A stretch of DNA of 64,000 bases from assembly GCA_965216875.1 (NCBI GenBank), contig OZ244207.1:1248001-1312000 (forward strand), in the 5' to 3' direction. This document shows, in pieces, positions 1-8,592 of the stretch. Position numbers and translations under genes: made by a program. A model generated the notes under the pieces. It was given only the letters and a program-made list of their open reading frames with translations. It was not told the origin of the DNA and ran no database searches. This DNA comes from Rubripirellula sp. (GTDB lineage Bacteria > Planctomycetota > Planctomycetia > Pirellulales > Pirellulaceae). Positions within the stretch are counted from its first letter, which is position 1. Each line of letters starts with the position of its first letter.

Positions 1-1
1 A

Positions 2-1501
2 GAGAGCTTTTGCTGGGTGATCGCGGAAACCATTGAGCTGAATTCCAATGGCGATTTCGGCACGATCATCGAAGACAAAACGGTCGCTTGGATCGGCACC
101 CACTTGGGCCGCGCCAAAAAATATCGCTGGCAGGTCCAACTGGCCAAAGGCGAAGAGATCACGATCATCGGCCGCAGTGAACGCGAAGGACCCGACGGGC
201 CTCAGCTTTGGTATCGCATCGTTCCGCCATCGGGTGAGTTCCGCTGGGTTCACCGCGATCAAGTCGTTGAAACTTCTGAAGACCTTGTGGCGAGCGTTCG
301 CAAAACAAAAAGCACAACTGAATTCTTACCGGCCGCACCCGCTCGCAAACCGAGTTCAACGGAAGCTCGCACCGCCAGCACTCAGCGCCGCACGCAACCC
401 TCGGATGATGCGAATCGTCCCTCGGTCAACAAGATCGCCAAAGCAAACGACGGCCCCCAATCGTCTCGTCGCAATTCACCCAAACCGGGCGCACGTTCGA
501 TCTTGGTGAAAGATTCCGAGACCATCGGTAGTTCGCCGATTGGCAGCGGTTTGAAAGACGACTGGAAAGAACAAGACCAGGCGAAGCCGGTTGAAGAAAC
601 GGCCAAGACATCACCTGCTCGTTCACTGACCGAAGTCGTCAAGCAAGGTGCACTCGCGTCGATTGAATTCTTGACGCAGCCACGGATGACTGAAATTGGC
701 TTGAACGAAACGCCGAACATCGCTGACACAGCGGGCGAAGACAATTGGGTCGCTGGCGCACAGCCTCCGGTTGGTGCTTCGGGCGTTCAAGTCGCCGCCG
801 CCAACTTGGCTCCACCTATCGGCGCCGTACCAGCCAGCGTTCCACCGCAAACATCACCCCTTCAACCGGTGTCGGCCAACGTGCCACTGGCGCCGGCACC
901 CGTCGTCGTTTCGCCCGAGCAGATCGCTCGCGTGCAACGCGAAGTGCAAGGAGCCAATGTCGATCAGCTGAGTTTGATCTTGTCGCGTTTGATGGCTGAA
1001 CGTGCCAGTGCTCAAGAAGTCCAACCGGTTGTTCAAGCGGCGAGCTCGCTTGCGGTTGCAAACGTCGACGATGTCACTGCCGGACGAGCTCGGATGTTGG
1101 CAGATCGTTCCATGCAGTACCAACGCGTGGCTCAGCGTCGCGGTGCAACCGTGACGCCAAACGGTGGCGCCGTTGCACAGGCCAACGTGCAGCAAGCAGT
1201 CGGTTCGCCGACTCAGTACTTGAACACGGGCGTGATGCAGGTCTCGGCGGTCAACGATCCGCATTCTTCGGTGACTCAGGAAGGTTACCTGGTGCAGGTC
1301 TATTCGGTTCGTCCGAACAGTCCACCTTTTGCACTGACCGACAACGCTGGTCGAACGCTGGCGTACGTGACGCCTTCGCCAGGCATCAACATCCGCTCCC
1401 ATTTGAATAGTCATGTTCGAGTGCGAGGAACTCAAGGGTTCCTGAGAGGATTGAACACGCCCCATATCTTGGTGCGATCGGCATCGCGGGTCGTTCAGTA
1501 G
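2..1501 (+). CDS. Conserved planctomycete hypothetical protein (SH3-like N-terminal module, long low-complexity linker); 5' end probably outside the window
   Basis: Frame is open from base 2. 'WQVQLAKGEEITIIG...WYRIVPPSGEFRWV' looks like a bacterial SH3-type domain, followed by a P/S/A-rich linker and a folded C-terminal region. Confidence 0.65.
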   Translation, partial: ESFCWVIAETIELNSNGDFGTIIEDKTVAWIGTHLGRAKKYRWQVQLAKGEEITIIGRSEREGPDGPQLWYRIVPPSGEFRWVHRDQVVETSEDLVASVRKTKSTTEFLPAAPARKPSSTEARTASTQRRTQPSDDANRPSVNKIAKANDGPQSSRRNSPKPGARSILVKDSETIGSSPIGSGLKDDWKEQDQAKPVEETAKTSPARSLTEVVKQGALASIEFLTQPRMTEIGLNETPNIADTAGEDNWVAGAQPPVGASGVQVAAANLAPPIGAVPASVPPQTSPLQPVSANVPLAPAPVVVSPEQIARVQREVQGANVDQLSLILSRLMAERASAQEVQPVVQAASSLAVANVDDVTAGRARMLADRSMQYQRVAQRRGATVTPNGGAVAQANVQQAVGSPTQYLNTGVMQVSAVNDPHSSVTQEGYLVQVYSVRPNSPPFALTDNAGRTLAYVTPSPGINIRSHLNSHVRVRGTQGFLRGLNTPHILVRSASRVVQ

Positions 1502-1533
1502 GTTTTGGTTTGCAGTCGTTGGGCGGGTGGCCT

Positions 1534-1824
1534 GAAGATTCCGGCTAAAGCTCGGTACTACGAACGGGCGAGGCCGTGAGACCATGGGGCCTCGAAATGG
1601 GTGTTGAAGAGTTCATTGCCCGGCCGCTTACGCGATCGCGGCTCATGAGATCTGCCGCCGAGCGCTAGCTCGCGGTTCCTGCTTGGTCGACGGTTTGTGG
1701 GAACCGCACGCTATCGCGTTGCGGCTGATTGTAAGGCCCGACGCTAGCGCGTTCGGCTCACGGTGGGAGAAAGGGGCGTTGAAGAGTTCGTGCCCGGCCG
1801 CTTACGCGATCGCGGCTCATGAGA
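1534..1824. repeat. Intergenic mosaic of palindromic REP-like repeats
   Basis: Two ~50-bp direct copies of GTTGAAGAGTTC..GCCCGGCCGCTTACGCGATCGCGGCTCATGAGA (1601-1650, 1776-1824). GGCCCGACGCTAGCGCGTTCGGCTCAC (~1735) recurs at 37.2-37.6 kb. GAAGATTCCGGCTAAAGCTCG..ACTACGAACG (~1534) recurs at 8021-8053. Confidence 0.85.
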
Positions 1825-1903
1825 TTACCGGGTCTCGGGCGTCCATCAGACGGCTGATCGTTGCCCCTGGTGACCTGGGGGCTCAGCCGCTACGATTTTG
1901 TCT

Positions 1904-2263
1904 ATGAACAGCGACAAATTGGCCAAGCGACGTACATTGCTGCGGAACATCGTGGTGATGGCTTTTGCAGACGGTTCCCTCGGTGAACGCGAGGTGAATC
2001 TGGTCGCTGATCGCTGCGCCGAGCTTGGGCTCGATGGCTACGACATGCGGAAAGCGGTCGAGTTCGCTCTTAGTGATGAAGCCAAGTTGGAGCTGCCAAC
2101 CGATCCAGAAGAACGCATGGAATTGATGCGGGATCTGATTCGGATGATGGCGGCCGACGGTATCTTGGCCGAAGGTGAGAAACGGTTGTTCGCGCTGGCT
2201 GCTGCGAAGATGGAAATCGGAGCGGCAGAGGTCGAACAGTTGCTTGACGAAATGCTCGAGTAG
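1904..2263 (+). CDS. TerB-family (tellurite resistance-like) protein
   Basis: Duplicated 'MAFADG.L...E' / 'MMAADG.LAEGEK' helical motifs typical of TerB-like domains. Confidence 0.75.
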   Translation: MNSDKLAKRRTLLRNIVVMAFADGSLGEREVNLVADRCAELGLDGYDMRKAVEFALSDEAKLELPTDPEERMELMRDLIRMMAADGILAEGEKRLFALAAAKMEIGAAEVEQLLDEMLE

Positions 2264-2268
2264 AGGCC

Positions 2269-2898
2269 GTGGCTCGAATTCTGATCACATCGGGCCCCAC
2301 GCGTCAGTACCTCGACCCTGTGCGCTACCTGACCAACGCATCGAGCGGACGGATGGGCGCGGCGCTGGCCGAATCGGCACTCGAGCTAGGCCACGAAGTG
2401 GTGATCATCTCGGGCCCCGTCTCGATCGAGTACCCGTCGGCCGCTGAAATCGTTCCGGTTGAAACGACCGACGACATGTTGGAAGCGGCGGTGAGAGTTT
2501 TTGAAGATTGCCAGGGTGCGATCGGAGCAGCGGCGCCATGCGATTACATGCCGCGGTTTGTCCAGCAGTCGAAGATTGCCAAAACGGGCGAGCCACTGAA
2601 ACTTGAACTTGTCGAAACGGCCGATGTGGTCGCGACCCTTGGCCAACGCAAACGAAGCGACCAATGGGTCGTCGGCTTTGCTCTCGAAACCGAAGACCAT
2701 CGCTTTCGTGCGATCGCAAAACTAGAACGCAAACATTGTGACTTGATGGTCAGTAATGGACCGTCGGCGATCGATGCGATGGACAATGATGTTGAATTAT
2801 TGGATCCCGAAGGCAACGTGCTCGCTCACGTGATCGGATCCAAAGCAACGGTCGCTCAGCGATTGTTGCAAGAGATTGACCGGAGACTTGTGAACTGA
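2269..2898 (+). CDS. coaB: Phosphopantothenate-cysteine ligase (stand-alone CoaB half of Dfp)
   Basis: [34 protein letters not shown] and VVGFALET motifs. Confidence 0.9.
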   Translation: MARILITSGPTRQYLDPVRYLTNASSGRMGAALAESALELGHEVVIISGPVSIEYPSAAEIVPVETTDDMLEAAVRVFEDCQGAIGAAAPCDYMPRFVQQSKIAKTGEPLKLELVETADVVATLGQRKRSDQWVVGFALETEDHRFRAIAKLERKHCDLMVSNGPSAIDAMDNDVELLDPEGNVLAHVIGSKATVAQRLLQEIDRRLVN

Positions 2899-3803
2899 TG
2901 GACCTTTCTGTTTCGCTCGGACGACTCACGCTAAAGAACCCAATCATGGTTGCCTCGGGCACCTTTGGGTATGCACGTGAAATGGAAGGCATCGTCGATG
3001 TCTCACAACTCGGCGGCGTTTTGCCAAAGACGATCACTCAGGAGCCACGGATTGGCAACGCCCCGTGGCGAACCGTCGAAACGTCGGCCGGATTGCTCAA
3101 TGCGATCGGGTTGGATAACGACGGTGTCGATGCATTCCTCGAGCACCACTTGCCCTATTTGAAGGACGTTGGCACGGCGATCGTTGTGAGTGTTGCCGGG
3201 CGAACGGAAGAGGAGTTCGTTTCGCTGGCCCAGCGAGTTGGCGGCCAAGAAGGTGTCTCGGCGATTGAACTCAATTTGTCCTGCCCCAACGTTTCGGGCG
3301 GGATCGATTTTGGAACCAACGCCGAGTCGTGTCGCAAAGTGGTGGCTGCCGCCCGCGAGCGATGCGACGTTCCGGTTCTTGCAAAGCTAACACCCAACGT
3401 GACGAAGATTGCCGACATCGCCAAAGGTGCTGAAGATGGCGGCGCGGATGCGGTTTGTTTGATCAACACGGTGCTCGGCATGTCAGTCGATTGGCGGCGA
3501 CGCAAACCGATGCTCGGCAATGTGGTTGGCGGGTTGAGTGGACCGGCGATCAAACCGATTGCGTTGCGATGCGTGCATCAAGTGGCGTGTGCGACCAACA
3601 TTCCAATCATAGGGATTGGGGGCATCGCAACGATCGACGATGTGATGCAGTTTCTAGTGACCGGTGCGAGCGCGGTTCAAATTGGAACGGCGAACTATTA
3701 CGACCCAACGGTTTCGGCACGGTTGGTCGAAGAGTTGCCAGCGGCACTGGGTGAACTCGGTGTCGGTTCGGTCAGTGAGTGCGTTCGGTCGCTGCAAGTT
3801 TGA
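2898..3803 (+). CDS. pyrD: Dihydroorotate dehydrogenase, class 1B catalytic subunit
   Basis: [40 protein letters not shown] and IIGIGGI motifs; overlaps the coaB stop (TGATG). Confidence 0.93.
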   Translation: MDLSVSLGRLTLKNPIMVASGTFGYAREMEGIVDVSQLGGVLPKTITQEPRIGNAPWRTVETSAGLLNAIGLDNDGVDAFLEHHLPYLKDVGTAIVVSVAGRTEEEFVSLAQRVGGQEGVSAIELNLSCPNVSGGIDFGTNAESCRKVVAAARERCDVPVLAKLTPNVTKIADIAKGAEDGGADAVCLINTVLGMSVDWRRRKPMLGNVVGGLSGPAIKPIALRCVHQVACATNIPIIGIGGIATIDDVMQFLVTGASAVQIGTANYYDPTVSARLVEELPAALGELGVGSVSECVRSLQV

Positions 3804-3811
3804 CAAAACAA

Positions 3812-3854
3812 ACCCTCTCCGGGCCTTAGCGCCCGGCTCTCCCAAGGGAGAGTG
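3812..3854. repeat. CCCTCTCC...GGGAGAG-type palindromic repeat
   Basis: ACCCTCTCCGGGCCTTAGCGCCCGGCTCTCCCAAGGGAGAGTG; near-identical copies at ~7950-7990 and, inverted, at 45208-45252. Confidence 0.8.
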
Positions 3855-4060
3855 TTCTGATGTACTGCGCATCAGCAATCACCCTCTCGCATGCGGGGTT
3901 TTCCTGACAGGGTTTGTCAGGTGGGGGGCGAGAGATGAGCATTGATTTTGTGATTTTTTTGCACCCCCTCTGATTTGTGTACTAGGTTTGCAGTGTGACG
4001 TAGGGAAAAACCGCATCGGACAGCGCGGTACCTGACGTCATTGTTTTTTGGGGCAGACCT

Positions 4061-4450
4061 ATGTGGCTATGCTTTGACCTGGTGGATGATGGATTCATCA
4101 CTTCTGACCAGGCGATGAAAATTCTCCGTCAACAAATGTCATGTCGAACGCCAATTGGGCAGATCGCAGTTGAAAGCAGCGTGATGACCATGGGGCAGGT
4201 GTTCGATGTGCTGGCGAAGCAATTTGAGTCTGAACTTCCCTTTGGCGAACTCGCCATTGAGATGGGTTACCTGAGTCGTGAGCAACTGGGGGATCTGATT
4301 TTGAAACAACTCGACAGTGTTCCATCACAAGCCGAGTTGTTGACTAAATCAGGCATGCTCACGGAGGAAGATCTAGGCAGAGCAGTTCAAGCCAGACGCC
4401 ACCGTCGGATGGGCGCACCACAGGAGCTCGATTTACTCGAGGCTTCTTAG
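4061..4450 (+). CDS. Small protein made of MshEN-like (T2SSE N-terminal) helical repeats
   Basis: Repeats PIGQIAVESSVMTMGQVFDVLAKQ and PFGELAIEMGYLSREQLGDLILKQ resemble the MshEN consensus RLGxxLvxxGlixxxxLxxxLxxQ. Confidence 0.6.
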   Translation: MWLCFDLVDDGFITSDQAMKILRQQMSCRTPIGQIAVESSVMTMGQVFDVLAKQFESELPFGELAIEMGYLSREQLGDLILKQLDSVPSQAELLTKSGMLTEEDLGRAVQARRHRRMGAPQELDLLEAS

Positions 4451-4614
4451 GGATTCGCCGGTGGTTTCGTTCATCGCATGTGGCGAGCGTTCGGTTTTGG
4501 GGCCGACGCTCGCCACGCGATGAACCAAATTTGTGCTTTCGAAAAACGTGGGCTGAAGATTCCGACGCCCCGCGATGAAACGACGAGCGTTGTCAAACGC
4601 TGCGCCGTTTCTTT

Positions 4615-6396
4615 CTAGGTAAAGCGGCCGTGCAACATCCAGGCATGAGGCTTGGCGGTTGTGGTTTGAGGTGTACGAGCTTTTGAAGCGAGTTGCCGAA
4701 AGATCCACCACCATCCGCGATCCGTTTCCACGCGATAGTAGTCGCGGCCAATGGCAGGGCCTTTCCACCAACCCGTCTCAATCCGTTCGGGCCCCCAATA
4801 GCGAACGACTCGATAGAGAACTCCGTCGAGCCGAAAGCGATCAGGAGGTTGGTGGCCGCCAGTGGCGTCGTCGAATTCGACAACCAACGGAATCGGTCGC
4901 GACAACAAAGACAGCGGACGACGCATGGCATCGTGAGGCGAGACAGTAGGTCGACCAGCCACATGCTTGCGTGACATTTCCAAAGCAGAAACATCCTTGC
5001 GAGGTGAGCTCTGGTCTAAAAACGATACCGACACATTTGAATGAGGGGCGTTCGTCGTTCGGCTTGTTGGACTTGACGCTTGTTGTGAGGCAACCCTCTT
5101 TCGTTTCGTTGTCTGTTGCAGCGGGGATTTCTTCAAACCACCTGTCAACGACTCGACGTGAAAGGCCTTTTCGGGAAGCGGATCACTGCAAAGCGTGACT
5201 CCAACCACCGCATCTCGCCCCAAGCGACCACTTAACGAGTCGACCAATCGAGAGATTCCGCCGCCACTGGTCCAATCAGCATCACGCTCGAACAACGATG
5301 TTTGATTGCTTCGCAGTGGTCCGGTCAAGTTAATCTCGATCGTCAATTTCACCACCGACGATGGCAAACGTTTGTTTTCGATCTGATTGGTGACCAAGCC
5401 GTAAAGGTGAGTGACATCGGACGTGGGCGCGAACAACCCGACCTCGAAGGTCAGTGGCGGGTGGATCGCAAGGTCCAGGTGACATGTCAATCGCAGTGCC
5501 CCACGGTTACATGTCACCAAGCCCGCCCTGGCTTTTTCAAGCAATTGGCGAACACGATCAAACAGAATCTCTTGGTCACTGGTCGGGTATTCCAGTTCCA
5601 TTGCAAATGAATGTTCGGCCGGTAATCGGTGCACGACCAACGCTTCGTCCATTTCTCCCGTCGTCTGCTTGATGCGGTGCAGTAACGTTTCACCCAAGCG
5701 AGCAGCCAGACCACTGCGAGGCAATTCGAACAACTGGGCGTTCGTTTCGATACCCAAGCGATGCAACGTCGCGACCGTCGACGAATCCAACCGCAGCGAT
5801 TCGACTGGTAACGGTTCGATGGAATGCATGGTTTGCTCGGTCGGAGCGATCGTTTCGCGATCCGGAGCACAATGAGCCAACGCCCAAGCCGCTCCGACGC
5901 TATCGGCGATCGCCATTCGGGCCACCAATCGATGTGACTTTAGGAGTTCGCGGACCGCGTCGAGCACACCCTGCTCGCCGCCAAACAGGTGAGCGAGCCC
6001 AGCGATGTCACACAACAACGATTCGGGATGATGCAACGCACAGCTTGCCCACAAGTAATCATCAAGCGATTCGATAGCCACTAGCGGACAGATCGTCATC
6101 GCAAACTGGTTGGCCAACTGATCAAGCGCTTCGCGATCGGCGAGCGCGTCGTGCTGCAGGACTTGCAATCCACCGGTGACCGCTTGAGCGATTTCGGTCG
6201 CGCCGGCAACGGGAGTTCCCAAACGCACACCAAGCTTGCGGCAGGCGGGGCAACACGCCGCAACCAACCGACCGCGGCGAGGATCTTCGTGCCAAAGCAA
6301 GGTCGCCCCCGTTTCATCAGGCGCGGCGTTGTTTTCTTGGCTTCGCAGACGCTGGATGGGCCAGTTCGGAAGCCAAACGCATAGTAGCCGTTTCAT
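4615..6396 (-). CDS. imuB: ImuB, inactive Y-family DNA polymerase accessory protein
   Basis: Start MKRLLCVWLPNWPIQR (ATG at 6396). Motifs LPVESLRL, VDSLSGRLG, RPLSLL, GPERIETGWW..RDYY and C-terminal WMLHGRF; clamp motif QTSLF. Confidence 0.88.
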   Translation of the reverse strand: MKRLLCVWLPNWPIQRLRSQENNAAPDETGATLLWHEDPRRGRLVAACCPACRKLGVRLGTPVAGATEIAQAVTGGLQVLQHDALADREALDQLANQFAMTICPLVAIESLDDYLWASCALHHPESLLCDIAGLAHLFGGEQGVLDAVRELLKSHRLVARMAIADSVGAAWALAHCAPDRETIAPTEQTMHSIEPLPVESLRLDSSTVATLHRLGIETNAQLFELPRSGLAARLGETLLHRIKQTTGEMDEALVVHRLPAEHSFAMELEYPTSDQEILFDRVRQLLEKARAGLVTCNRGALRLTCHLDLAIHPPLTFEVGLFAPTSDVTHLYGLVTNQIENKRLPSSVVKLTIEINLTGPLRSNQTSLFERDADWTSGGGISRLVDSLSGRLGRDAVVGVTLCSDPLPEKAFHVESLTGGLKKSPLQQTTKRKRVASQQASSPTSRTTNAPHSNVSVSFLDQSSPRKDVSALEMSRKHVAGRPTVSPHDAMRRPLSLLSRPIPLVVEFDDATGGHQPPDRFRLDGVLYRVVRYWGPERIETGWWKGPAIGRDYYRVETDRGWWWIFRQLASKARTPQTTTAKPHAWMLHGRFT

Positions 6397-7438
6397 GACG
6401 AGCGGTTGAGATCGATGGAAGCGAAACGTTGCCTTGATGGGGCGAACTTGGATGGGGTTGAATCTGAGCTTGCGAATCAATGAAAAGAGAAACGCTTTGA
6501 CCGATCGGACCGCCACGACAACGATCAAGCGTGACTTCGAGATCTCGTTGATTGGTTTGCAAAGGGGGGGCGTGTGCATCGCTTGCCCGAGCAACATGGT
6601 TTGCTTGATGAGCAACATGGTGTGCCCGGTGAGCGACATGAAAGCGGATGTCTGTAAAGCTTGGGCAGCCGCGTACGGACAAAGGGCGAATGAAAAGTCC
6701 GGGCGTGTTTCCGGTTTCGGAGGCAAGTTGAAAACGCCTTGCATCGCGATCATCAAGGTTCGGGCCGACATGCGCCCAGACGGCCGCGACGGCTGGACAT
6801 CGCAGCGCTTGATCGATTGCCCAAACCACGTCGGCAAGTTTGTCCGGACGCACCCAAATGATTCTCTCGGCCGCGATTCCGAGTGCGATGGCGGCCGGTG
6901 GGTAAAACGTGTCCGCACCGCCAACGATCACCAGCGGACCCACCGATTGTTGCAGTCGCACGCGAGCGGCCAGGATTGCCAGTGAGGCTGCGCCACTGCC
7001 GTCGGAATCGGCAACCCATTCGGTGATCGCATCGGTGCGCAAACCTTGGTTGGGTAACAACGCATCAAGGGTGCTCGAGCCGGTTGAAAAGAGTTTGTCG
7101 TCCGCGTCATCGGTTCGCGCGGTGGTCACGCAACCCACTTGGGCTCTGAGTCGGCGGAGGGTGTCGTCGCGCGAGTCGCTTGAACTGCACGACTCGTTCG
7201 AGGTTGACGACGCTGACTTGTCGTTTGCGGTTTGCGTTTTGGTAACGACCGATTCGACGACCGACTTGGAAATCCTTTTCGTGGTTGTCGCTGTTTGGGA
7301 TGCTCGGCGATGGGGTGTGCGAAGGCGTTGGTTGTGGCGGGTGGATGAGGGCGCAGGCGAATCGGCAATCGCAGTCGCGGTGGGCGAGCGGGTGGACGGT
7401 TCGTCGAAAAGAAAGGTTTGCTGAGTCGCCATCGTCAT
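6317..7438 (-). CDS. imuA: ImuA, RecA-like mutagenesis accessory protein
   Basis: STGSSTLDALLP..GL, FYPPAAIALG, WAIDQALRCPAVAAV and RRFQLASE.G motifs; directly upstream of and overlapping imuB; start at ATG 7438 or 7432. Confidence 0.85.
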   Translation of the reverse strand: MTMATQQTFLFDEPSTRSPTATAIADSPAPSSTRHNQRLRTPHRRASQTATTTKRISKSVVESVVTKTQTANDKSASSTSNESCSSSDSRDDTLRRLRAQVGCVTTARTDDADDKLFSTGSSTLDALLPNQGLRTDAITEWVADSDGSGAASLAILAARVRLQQSVGPLVIVGGADTFYPPAAIALGIAAERIIWVRPDKLADVVWAIDQALRCPAVAAVWAHVGPNLDDRDARRFQLASETGNTPGLFIRPLSVRGCPSFTDIRFHVAHRAHHVAHQANHVARASDAHAPPLQTNQRDLEVTLDRCRGGPIGQSVSLFIDSQAQIQPHPSSPHQGNVSLPSISTARHETATMRLASELAHPASAKPRKQRRA

Positions 7439-7552
7439 GCTGGTCGTCAGAAAGGTGGCAAACAGAGGCAATTCGATTGCAAAGGTCGCCGCGAGTGGTC
7501 CGCCATGGGTTACAGTCAAAAGGGGCGGGCAGCGTCAGTTGCTAGCATTGCA

Positions 7553-7566
7553 TGTTCTTTTGTACA
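7553..7566. promoter_or_regulatory. Candidate LexA (SOS) box upstream of imuA
   Basis: TGTTC-TTTT-GTACA, one mismatch from the palindrome TGTTC-N4-GAACA described for Verrucomicrobia LexA; ~115 bp upstream of imuA. Confidence 0.6.
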
Positions 7567-7591
7567 GTATCTCTTCGGCGAGGGAAACGAA

Positions 7592-7873
7592 TTGGTCCAG
7601 AAAATCCGCTGGGTGCTTCTTGTTTTGGCGATCGTCACGGCGCTTGCGGTGGCGATCCAGAACAACGATTCGACTGAAATTCAGCTCTTTTTCTTTAAGC
7701 GTTCCCTGCCGTTGTCGGTCTTGGTTCTCTCCACCACTGCGGTCGGCTTCCTGATGGGGGCACTGACCACGGTGTTGATGTTGAGGCGATCGGAAAAGGC
7801 AAAAAAGGCGGCTTCCAAGCCCTCACCGGCCGAAGCAGGGTCATCGGAAGCCGCCGCCGAGTCGAACGCGTAG
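7592..7873 (+). CDS. LapA-domain (DUF1049) small membrane protein
   Basis: TM helix, 'AIQNND..EIQLFFF', 'LPLSVLVL....VGFLMG' and a basic tail; TTG start preceded by GAGGG. Confidence 0.75.
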   Translation: MVQKIRWVLLVLAIVTALAVAIQNNDSTEIQLFFFKRSLPLSVLVLSTTAVGFLMGALTTVLMLRRSEKAKKAASKPSPAEAGSSEAAAESNA

Positions 7874-7891
7874 GGCCGTGGTGCTTGAATT

Positions 7892-8053
7892 ACCCTCCCA
7901 CTTGTGGGAGGGTCGGGCGCTAAAGCCCGGGGAGGGCCATTCGCGGTGCCCCTCTCCGGGCCTGAGAGCCCGACTCTCCCAAGGGAGAGTCATGACACCT
8001 AGCCTTTAGGCGGAACGTGTGAAGATTCCGGCTAAAGCTCGTTACTACGAACG
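7892..8053. repeat. Intergenic palindromic repeat cluster
   Basis: ACCCTCCCACTTGTGGGAGGGT hairpin, a CCCTCTCCGGG..CTCTCCCAAGGGAGAG copy and GAAGATTCCGGCTAAAGCTCG..ACTACGAACG, all repeated elsewhere in the window. Confidence 0.8.
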
Positions 8054-8065
8054 ACTCGATACCAA

Positions 8066-8323
8066 CTATTTGGCTCGGGCTGCCCGGCGTGCTGCCATTT
8101 GCTGGCGTCGTTTGGCGACCAGGTCGTATCGCAGCAGTACCAGGCGGGCCAAATCGCCCATGTGGTTGAGGCCACTTTCGTGATCCAGGGCCGCTGCAAT
8201 ATTCTTTGGCTCGTCAACCGTCTCAGCTGCAGTGTTTGCTGCCACAGCGTTGTCGGCTGGTGCTGGCATCACGGCAGTGCTGGTGCTGGCGGTGGGGGCG
8301 TCGAAGAGAAGCATTTGAGTCAT
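8066..8323 (-). CDS. Small hypothetical protein (85 aa) with N-terminal QMLLF motif
   Basis: ATG preceded by GGAGA; disordered N-half and a helical C-half (GLNHMGDLARLVLLRYDLVAKRR). Confidence 0.7.
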   Translation of the reverse strand: MTQMLLFDAPTASTSTAVMPAPADNAVAANTAAETVDEPKNIAAALDHESGLNHMGDLARLVLLRYDLVAKRRQQMAARRAARAK

Positions 8324-8486
8324 CGGGTTGTCTCCGTCGAAAGAGCGGCCTGTCGCCTGAGCAATCCATGTCTCACTCAGGTAGGAGCATTCTTCGCGGG
8401 GCCGGTGACACGTTAGGTCAGGGGCTAAAAAGAAAAACGAAAAGCTGCCAAAACGCCGTAAAACACCGTGAAAAAGCAGGCGTCCC

Positions 8487-8563
8487 CGTAGCTACCTTCG
8501 CCAGAAGGTGGAAGTATTGGCAAACGCTTCACCACCGGATCACGCTCTGCGAGCGTCGCGACG
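8487..8563. repeat. GTAGCTAC..TCGCCAGA..GTGG inverted repeat pair
   Basis: CGTAGCTACCTTCGCCAGAAGGTGG ... CACGCTCTGCGAGCGTCGCGACG; same family at ~11426 and 37288-37600. Confidence 0.75.
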
Positions 8564-8592
8564 AGCAGACGAAGGCTCACAACAAACCACCT

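Noticed and set aside
3853..3866. Second LexA-like site TGTTC-TGAT-GTACT
   Set aside because: Two mismatches, overlaps a repeat end, and there is no DNA-repair gene nearby.
3996..4049. c-di-GMP-I riboswitch call (AGGGAAAAACC...GGTAC)
   Set aside because: Only superficial similarity to the first hairpin; the GNRA loop, GCAAAG junction and second hairpin are absent.
6397..6924. 176-aa N-terminal extension of ImuB in the ORF track
   Set aside because: It overlaps imuA in another frame; ImuB homology starts at MKRLLCVWLP.
8206..8592. N-terminal extension of the FkbM ORF
   Set aside because: It runs through an opposite-strand gene and a repeat pair; the recognisable domain begins near ATG 8593.
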